64,000 nucleotides of DNA, from the NCBI GenBank assembly GCA_045657445.1, contig JAZOTC010000025.1, forward strand, positions 21,938 through 85,937, in the 5' to 3' direction. This DNA comes from Akkermansia sp. GTDB taxonomy: Bacteria > Verrucomicrobiota > Verrucomicrobiia > Verrucomicrobiales > Akkermansiaceae. The notes beneath the pieces are model-generated. The model worked only from the letters and a program-made list of their open reading frames with translations, ran no database searches and was not told the DNA's origin. Shown here piece by piece: positions 57,923 through 64,000 of this stretch. The stretch's first letter is position 1; every line of letters begins with the position of its first letter. A program made the translations under genes and the position numbers.

Positions 57923-60900
57923 TTATTTCCGGGTGGCGGCTCGCTGGGTGGTGACCACCTCGCGCAGGCAGCGCAGCAGCTCGATGCGGCCGTTGGCCAG
58001 CACCGGCTCGGCGCAGAGCGCCAGGCGGCATTGCGCGGCACGTTGCAGGGTGGTGACGGTGGCGGCGGTATCGCGCACCATGGTGCCGGAGGTGGCCATG
58101 GCGGGGAAGTGCCCCTCAAATTCATCGCGGCTTTCCACGGCGATGATGACGCCCAGCGGTTCGAGCGCGCGCGGCATCCAGGCGCGCATGCTGGCGGTGC
58201 TCAGCTGGATATCGCACCCGGCTTTGAGCGCGGCCATGAGCGCAATGGAGAGGTCGATATCGCTGGTGGCTTTTTCGGCGCGGATGCAGAGGGAAAGCGG
58301 ACGGTAGCTCAGTGTGGTGCGGAAGGCCGGGCTTTCATCCAACACGCGGGCGGTGCCGAATTCGTTTTCCCACCAGTAGCCGATGGAGTCTGCCGCAGAG
58401 GAGAGGCGGGTGGTGTCATCCGGTCCGGGTTTTGGGGAAAGGGATTCCCAGGGGGTGAAGGCCAGGTTGCGCTGGGTGCCGCGGTGCTGCGGGCGGGCTA
58501 CCTCCTGCCACTGGCAGAGGGCGGTGAGGAAATTGTTGCCGCCGCTCATGGGGGCTGTGATTTGCCAGCCGATGCGCGGGCGCACGCCGGGGCGGTGCAG
58601 CGGGCAGCAGTTGATGCTTACCTGGCTGGCGGAGGTCAGGCGGCTCCAGAGCTCGATTTCCTGCTTATCGCGGGAATAGATACCCACGGTGAGCTCCTGC
58701 GATTGTTTGCGCTGGATGCGGCCTGCTTCCTCGGTGCTTTCCACGCGGATGAGGCCGATAACGGGTACATTGTGCACCGCCTGGGCAAAGGCGCTGCCGG
58801 GTTTCACGCCGACGCGCACGCCGGGAGTCCACACCAGCGAGCCGATTTCGGCAGTGGAGGGCGCCACGAGCCAGGCCTCGTTGGGGCCGAGCTGCGAGAG
58901 CATGAAGCGCTGGTCATCGTTGAGCGGGCGTCCCATGGGACCGATATCCACGCCTTCCATCCACCCGGGCTGGGCGGTGATGCTGGAAACGGCATCGCGC
59001 AGGGCATTCATGAAATGCTGGTTGTCATACACCTCGGCATGCACATAGAGGAGGTGCGGCATGGCTGGGTTCTGGCCGGCGCGGGTGAAGAGCACGCGTG
59101 TGATATCGCGGATAGCCTGTGCCCAGTCGCCCTGGGAGGAAAGGTAGATGCTGCTGCAACCTCCGGTGCCGCCCAGCACCGGGCGTCCCTCGGCCGTGGC
59201 GGCCATTTCGTAGGTGTGCTTGGCGCTGCCGTGGTAGATAAGGCCGTTGACCCGCTCGCTGCTGAGCAGCTTGTGGGCAATCTGGTTATCCAGGCAGGGC
59301 AGCATCTGCAAACGCGGGAAGGTGAAGCCGGCCTCGTTCAGCAGCTGGGTAAGCGTTTCTGCCAGCAGAACGGTGTGTGCCGAGGGCTTGTAGATGATGG
59401 CGTTGCCGGTGACCCAGGCGGCGGTGATGCCCGCCACGGCTTCCTCCAGCGGGTGAACACGGCTGGGCGCTACGGTCACAACACCCAGCGGGGTGGGCAC
59501 GGTGCCGTCCATAAGCCCCTCCTGCACGATGCTGCGCTCGTAGAAACGGCAGGAATCGATGGCATTGGTGATTTCCAGATCCGCTTCTTCCAGCGTGAAG
59601 CCGGCATCGCGCACCAGCAGGGAGATGAACTCGGTGCTGCGCTTTTCCAGCAGGCGGGCTGCCTGCAGCAGGTGAATGCGGCGCTCTTCCTGCGTGGGCG
59701 GCATCTGCACGGCTTCGCGCGCGGCGGTGTCGAGCACCTTGCTTACCATGTTGAAATCTGCCGAGAAATAGCGGTAATCCTCCATGCCGGGGGCGGTCAG
59801 CGAACGGCTGATGCAGAGCAGGGCGGATTCTACCTCCTCCCCGTTCACGCGCAGCGGAATCTGTTTCTGCGGGCGTTCGACTTCTTCTGCCGCGGCGCGG
59901 TGCAAGGCGTCCATGCGGGCGCGGTCGGCAATGCCGGTGATGCGGGTGAAGGCGTAGGAGCCATCTGCTCCGGGGAGTTCGCGGGCTTGTTCCTCGCGGC
60001 CGCTCAGGGATGCCAGGAAATGCTGGCGCATGCGTCCCCAGCCCATGGAATTGGGTTCCAGCTCGCCACCGGAAGCCAGAATACCCTCCGGGCGTCCCAG
60101 TTCCTGCACCAGCGAAAGCAGGTAGGATTCAAAACCGGCTTCCCCGCCCTCGGTGGTCACACCGGTGGTCAGCAGTATCTGGGCGCCGGTCTTGGCCAGC
60201 AGGCGTCCCGTGTGGTTGCAAAGACCGGATATGAAGCAGAACTGCGGGTTGCCTTCGCGCCCGGCGCGGCCCCAGCTGAGCAGGCCGTAGGCGATGTCAA
60301 AGAGGTTGTGGGTGCCGACTACGGGCGTGAGCACCTTTTCCCGTGTGCTCATGGCAGTGGAGATGAGCTGCTTGTAGCGGGCTTCCGTTTCATTTTTGCT
60401 GCGGCAGACCTCGTTGGCGGCTCCGTGAACGTAGGTGATTTCCTGCTCATCATCCAGGTGGCTGCCTTTGACCAGGAGAACCTTGAGCGGGGCGGCACCC
60501 TTGGCGGCGCGGGCGGTGGCCCATTCGGTCATTTCGCGCAGCAGGGCAGGGCTGCCTTTCAGGTAGGCCGGGATTTCCAGCGCGGCATCTGCCTTGTAGA
60601 GGGCTGATCCCGCCATGGCCAGTCGGAAGGCCTCGGCCACGATGTTCATGGTGGTGGAAAGACCGCTTTCCACCAGGATGGGGCGCGGGGTGCTGCTCTG
60701 CACAGAGAGCTTGAGCAGCGGTCGCAGGCGTTCCGCCAGCGCCTTGGCACCGGCTTCGGGGGAATAGGGATTGAGCCCGGGGCAGAGTCGCCAGGGTTGG
60801 ATGACGACGCCCACGCCATCCTGCTTGGTGAGGATGGCTTCCAGGTGCTTGTAGTATTTCTCTGCGCTCTTCTGGCCGAATACCTGGGGCACCAGCGGGT

Positions 60901-61387
60901 TGAGTGCCAGGGTGAGACCGTCCTTGGCGCACTCGCGCACGCGCTTGGCGACTTTGTCTGCCAGCGTGGGCAGGGTGAGTTCGCCGAAGGTGGAGCGGAA
61001 GATGCGCTGCACTTCTGCAATGGCGGCCCCCTGCATGCTGCGGGCTGCCATGGCGGCAGCTTTGAAACGCAGTTTGCTTACGGTGCTGAAAATGGCTGGC
61101 ACGCCACCGTGTTCCGCCAGCAGACGGCGCAGGTTTTCGGCCTGTTCTGCGGGGTCGGTGACATGGAAGACGCTGCCGCAGAGTTCCTGCACAAAGGCGA
61201 GGTTCTTTTTATCTGTGGCCAGGCGCGAGAGCGCAGAAATGAGGGTTCTCTCATCGGAACGGATGCTTTTCAGCGAGGCGAGCAGGAGCTCCTGGGCTAA
61301 ATCGGCAGAGTGTTGCGCCAGGGTGCGATCATCCCATTTGCGCCGCTTTGCTTCTGCCAGTTGTGCCTGTATATCCAGTTCCGCCAT
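57923..61387 (-). CDS. PutA-like proline dehydrogenase / P5C dehydrogenase homolog with degenerate active sites
   Basis: PutA architecture recognisable (VKG, GTHNLFDIAY, YKPS, WTPGV, EPVLANGRIELL) but catalytic motifs are altered. Confidence 0.85.
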   Translation of the reverse strand: MAELDIQAQLAEAKRRKWDDRTLAQHSADLAQELLLASLKSIRSDERTLISALSRLATDKKNLAFVQELCGSVFHVTDPAEQAENLRRLLAEHGGVPAIFSTVSKLRFKAAAMAARSMQGAAIAEVQRIFRSTFGELTLPTLADKVAKRVRECAKDGLTLALNPLVPQVFGQKSAEKYYKHLEAILTKQDGVGVVIQPWRLCPGLNPYSPEAGAKALAERLRPLLKLSVQSSTPRPILVESGLSTTMNIVAEAFRLAMAGSALYKADAALEIPAYLKGSPALLREMTEWATARAAKGAAPLKVLLVKGSHLDDEQEITYVHGAANEVCRSKNETEARYKQLISTAMSTREKVLTPVVGTHNLFDIAYGLLSWGRAGREGNPQFCFISGLCNHTGRLLAKTGAQILLTTGVTTEGGEAGFESYLLSLVQELGRPEGILASGGELEPNSMGWGRMRQHFLASLSGREEQARELPGADGSYAFTRITGIADRARMDALHRAAAEEVERPQKQIPLRVNGEEVESALLCISRSLTAPGMEDYRYFSADFNMVSKVLDTAAREAVQMPPTQEERRIHLLQAARLLEKRSTEFISLLVRDAGFTLEEADLEITNAIDSCRFYERSIVQEGLMDGTVPTPLGVVTVAPSRVHPLEEAVAGITAAWVTGNAIIYKPSAHTVLLAETLTQLLNEAGFTFPRLQMLPCLDNQIAHKLLSSERVNGLIYHGSAKHTYEMAATAEGRPVLGGTGGCSSIYLSSQGDWAQAIRDITRVLFTRAGQNPAMPHLLYVHAEVYDNQHFMNALRDAVSSITAQPGWMEGVDIGPMGRPLNDDQRFMLSQLGPNEAWLVAPSTAEIGSLVWTPGVRVGVKPGSAFAQAVHNVPVIGLIRVESTEEAGRIQRKQSQELTVGIYSRDKQEIELWSRLTSASQVSINCCPLHRPGVRPRIGWQITAPMSGGNNFLTALCQWQEVARPQHRGTQRNLAFTPWESLSPKPGPDDTTRLSSAADSIGYWWENEFGTARVLDESPAFRTTLSYRPLSLCIRAEKATSDIDLSIALMAALKAGCDIQLSTASMRAWMPRALEPLGVIIAVESRDEFEGHFPAMATSGTMVRDTAATVTTLQRAAQCRLALCAEPVLANGRIELLRCLREVVTTQRAATRK

Positions 61388-61397
61388 AAGATGCCCC

Positions 61398-61426
61398 ATT
61401 CTACCCTGCCAGCCTGGCGCTGGCAA
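61398..61426 (-). promoter_or_regulatory. Sigma70 promoter of the putA-like gene
   Basis: TTGCCA-17 bp-TAGAAT, 10 nt before the ATG at 61387. Confidence 0.65.
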
Positions 61427-61461
61427 GTGAAAAATATGACTTGCAGCAGACTATGTGGTCC

Positions 61462-62160
61462 TTACATTTCATCCCACTTAATCTGGCCGGGCAGCAGTTC
61501 GCTGATGAGCTTGCGCAGACGCTTGTCGGCTTCTTCCTCTGTCACCCCGATTTCAGGAGCCCAGCACGTGCCTGCCTGAAAATAGGCCCAGCTCTGCACT
61601 TTGCCCTGGATGCAGCGGTCAAGAATATCCTGAATATTGCGCCCCATGTGACTATGGGCCATGGCTCCATTCCCGATAAACAGGTAGTAGTGGATATAGT
61701 GCAGGTCGATTCTCCGCTCCTGCCTGGTGGGGAGTTTGGAGGAGAGGCGGGTCATCTTGAGGGTGCGCCCATCTGCCAGCTGAAGCTCGCTGACCTGCCC
61801 CTGTACGTTGATATGCCCCTGGGCGGGTAGGCAGACTTCCGGGCGGTGAATGGAATTATTCATCTCCTGCCCGGAAAAGACGATGGAAACCTCTACGGCT
61901 GGTTTCTGCTCCTCCCACGGCACCCGCTTTACGGAGGTGTACCTCGCTTTGCTGAAGCGGGTATCCGCCGCCAGAATCTTGCGCTCGGCTTCACTCTCCT
62001 GCACTTTGTAGCCGTTCCAGCCCTCCAGCGTGTGACCTTCCGGCAGGATATCGCTGATGCTGGGGCTGGCCAGCTCCGGGTTTTCGGGGAGCAGGAAAAT
62101 GCCTGCCAGCAACAGGCTCAGCAGCATGGCGGGTAGAAAGGCGAGACTGGTGCGTTTCAT
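61462..62160 (-). CDS. Exosortase-associated EpsI family protein
   Basis: N-terminal TM; SIHRPEVCLPAQG motif; ATGA overlap with the exosortase. Confidence 0.85.
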   Translation of the reverse strand: MKRTSLAFLPAMLLSLLLAGIFLLPENPELASPSISDILPEGHTLEGWNGYKVQESEAERKILAADTRFSKARYTSVKRVPWEEQKPAVEVSIVFSGQEMNNSIHRPEVCLPAQGHINVQGQVSELQLADGRTLKMTRLSSKLPTRQERRIDLHYIHYYLFIGNGAMAHSHMGRNIQDILDRCIQGKVQSWAYFQAGTCWAPEIGVTEEEADKRLRKLISELLPGQIKWDEM

Positions 62161-63122
62161 CGGGCGTCCTCCTTTCCGGTAGTGGCTGTCTGGGTGCGGG
62201 TAATGACGCGGCGGCGTTTCAGGAAGGGAATTTCCCCTGCCAGCAGACTGTGAATAAGGGTAAGCCCCAGCAGACTGGCCGGGAAGAAGAAGAGAAGTCC
62301 GGACCAGTCGTGCCAGGTCTTGGAAGCAAACACGGGATTGATGTATTCTGCGCAGATGAAGATGCTGGCGACGCGGAATGCATTGGCCGCAATGGCAAGG
62401 GGAATAGCACTTGCTGCGAGGGTGGCTCGTTTCCAGAGCGGTAATTTATCTGCCATGTAGCCCCAGGCCGTGGAAATCATGATGAGGGCCATGAGCGAAC
62501 GCATGCCGGAGCATCCACCCGCTATGCTGAAGGTGTCCCACTCGCCGGAGGCCAGGGTGATATTGGTGCCTTCCACCACGGTCTGTACACCGCAGACGCC
62601 CGCACCCCAGTGCGCTGCCTTGGTTGCCAGTATCTGCATGCCATTGGTGGCCTGCTGGAATCCCGGCAGTGGTATGCTCATCCAGATAAAGAACAGCGGA
62701 AACGCACAGCGAATAGCCGTGCTCCAGCCCCAGTAGTACCAGATACCACCTGTCAGCATGAACGGTAGTCCGCCTATGGCGATGCGCCACTGCTGGGTAC
62801 GAATGGAGATGAGGAAAAATACCCCGCCCAGAAGCACGAGCCAGAGTCCATGCAGACTGGCTTTTTTCTGTATACCTTCGAGTTTGCCGCAGGCATGTAC
62901 CAGCAGGTAGATGCAGAGCAGAGGCACCATCCATCCGTGTTCGTAATCATTGATGGGATTCCACGAAATGACAAGCACATCCACAGCGCTACTCGTTCCT
63001 TCCGTAAACGCCGGATAGAAGCCCACTGCTCCTAATACCAGCACCAGATACACCCCCAGCCCGACCCACGATTGGGTCGGAAGGCTGCTCCAGAATGATT
63101 TTTTAGTGGTTGGCGTGCTCAA
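62157..63122 (-). CDS. Exosortase (EpsH/Xrt family)
   Basis: DYEHG; catalytic triad segments GCSGMRS (Cys), NAFR (Arg), WHD (His); about eight TMs; TTG start. Confidence 0.9.
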   Translation of the reverse strand: MSTPTTKKSFWSSLPTQSWVGLGVYLVLVLGAVGFYPAFTEGTSSAVDVLVISWNPINDYEHGWMVPLLCIYLLVHACGKLEGIQKKASLHGLWLVLLGGVFFLISIRTQQWRIAIGGLPFMLTGGIWYYWGWSTAIRCAFPLFFIWMSIPLPGFQQATNGMQILATKAAHWGAGVCGVQTVVEGTNITLASGEWDTFSIAGGCSGMRSLMALIMISTAWGYMADKLPLWKRATLAASAIPLAIAANAFRVASIFICAEYINPVFASKTWHDWSGLLFFFPASLLGLTLIHSLLAGEIPFLKRRRVITRTQTATTGKEDAR

Positions 63123-63212
63123 AATGAAAAAAAATCGGGTTAAATGTGCATTTAGTATTGCAATTTTCGCGAAAATGTCAAGAATAGTCGCTCACACACC
63201 TCACCTGCATAC

Positions 63213-64000
63213 ATGAAAATCATCAGCGGTACCGCTCATCCCCAGTTAGCTAAGGACATTGCCAAGGTCATGGGTCTCCCCCTGTGCGATGCAACTGTCA
63301 ATACCTTCCCGGACGGCGAAAGCTTCGTTCAGATTAAGGAATCCATCCGTGGCGCAGACGCTTTCATCATCCAGCCCACCTGCCCGCCCACGAACCACAA
63401 CCTCATGGAACTGCTTGTGATGGTGGACGCCGTGCGTCGCGCCAGCGCCAGCCGCATCACCGCCGTGATGCCCTTCTACGGCTATGCCCGCCAGGACCGC
63501 AAGGACAAGCCCAGAGTACCCATCACCTCCAAGCTGGTGGCCAATCTGCTGACCGCAGCCGGCGTGAACCGCGTGCTGACCATGGACCTGCACGCCGCCC
63601 AGATTCAGGGCTTCTTTGAAATCCCCGTGGACCACCTCCACAGTGTGCCCGTGCTGATCAAGCACCTCAAGGCCAACTACGTGAAGGATATGAACAACCT
63701 CGTGGTTGTTTCCCCCGACATCGGCGGTGTGAAGAACGCCAAGAGCTATGCCAACATTCTCGGCACAGACCTCGCCATCGTTGCCAAGCAGCGCATCTCC
63801 GCCACCGAGGTGGATGCCCACGCCGTTATTGGTGATGTGAAGGGCAAGGATGTGCTCATGGTGGACGATATGACCGAATCCGGTGGTACGCTTTGCGCCG
63901 CTGCCAAGATTCTCAAGGAACACGGTGCCGCCCGCATCTTTGCCGGCGTTTCCCACGGCGTGCTGACGGATACTGCCCGCCAGCGCCTGGCCAACAGCTC
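63213..64000 (+). CDS. prs: Ribose-phosphate pyrophosphokinase (3' truncated by window; absent from the ORF track)
   Basis: Manual translation MKIISGTAHP..FPDGE..YGYARQDRK..MDLHAAQIQGFF..SPDIGG..VDDMTESGGT. Confidence 0.96.
   Translation, partial: MKIISGTAHPQLAKDIAKVMGLPLCDATVNTFPDGESFVQIKESIRGADAFIIQPTCPPTNHNLMELLVMVDAVRRASASRITAVMPFYGYARQDRKDKPRVPITSKLVANLLTAAGVNRVLTMDLHAAQIQGFFEIPVDHLHSVPVLIKHLKANYVKDMNNLVVVSPDIGGVKNAKSYANILGTDLAIVAKQRISATEVDAHAVIGDVKGKDVLMVDDMTESGGTLCAAAKILKEHGAARIFAGVSHGVLTDTARQRLANS

Noticed and set aside
57470-60607. 1045-aa ORF on the + strand
   Set aside because: Antisense shadow of the putA-like and menE genes; such ORFs are expected from GC-rich codon bias, and it has no recognisable motifs
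63246-63956. 236-aa minus-strand ORF in the track
   Set aside because: Shadow of prs on the + strand, which the track missed because it runs off the window

Overview
Gene-dense bacterial chromosome segment. Gene content and protein style point to a Verrucomicrobiota (Akkermansia-like) gut organism; this is inference, as no marker search was run. Housekeeping genes include coaX, acpP, ilvB, rpsO, lepA, rho, yebC, map, lpxA, secA, argA, mutS, xseA, gdhA, rbr, rpsP and prs. Envelope loci are a beta-barrel-wzc-wza export cassette, a solitary O-antigen ligase/Wzy-like gene, an exosortase-EpsI pair and a LysM/L,D-transpeptidase cluster. An AT-richer ~10 kb nucleotide-sugar/acyl-modification cassette (36.7-46.5 kb) lies next to a tRNA. 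Most notable: (1) a fully formed tRNA-Leu with an A34 (AAG) anticodon, flanked by its own promoter and terminator; (2) a full-length PutA homolog that has lost the catalytic residues of both domains but keeps a promoter and heads an operon with menE; (3) an amino-sugar cassette with two ATP-grasp enzymes, two PLP enzymes and an RraA/HMG-aldolase-GNAT fusion, suggesting an unusual N-acyl substituent; (4) recurring near-leaderless promoters. No CRISPR array, transposase, integrase or rRNA was seen.
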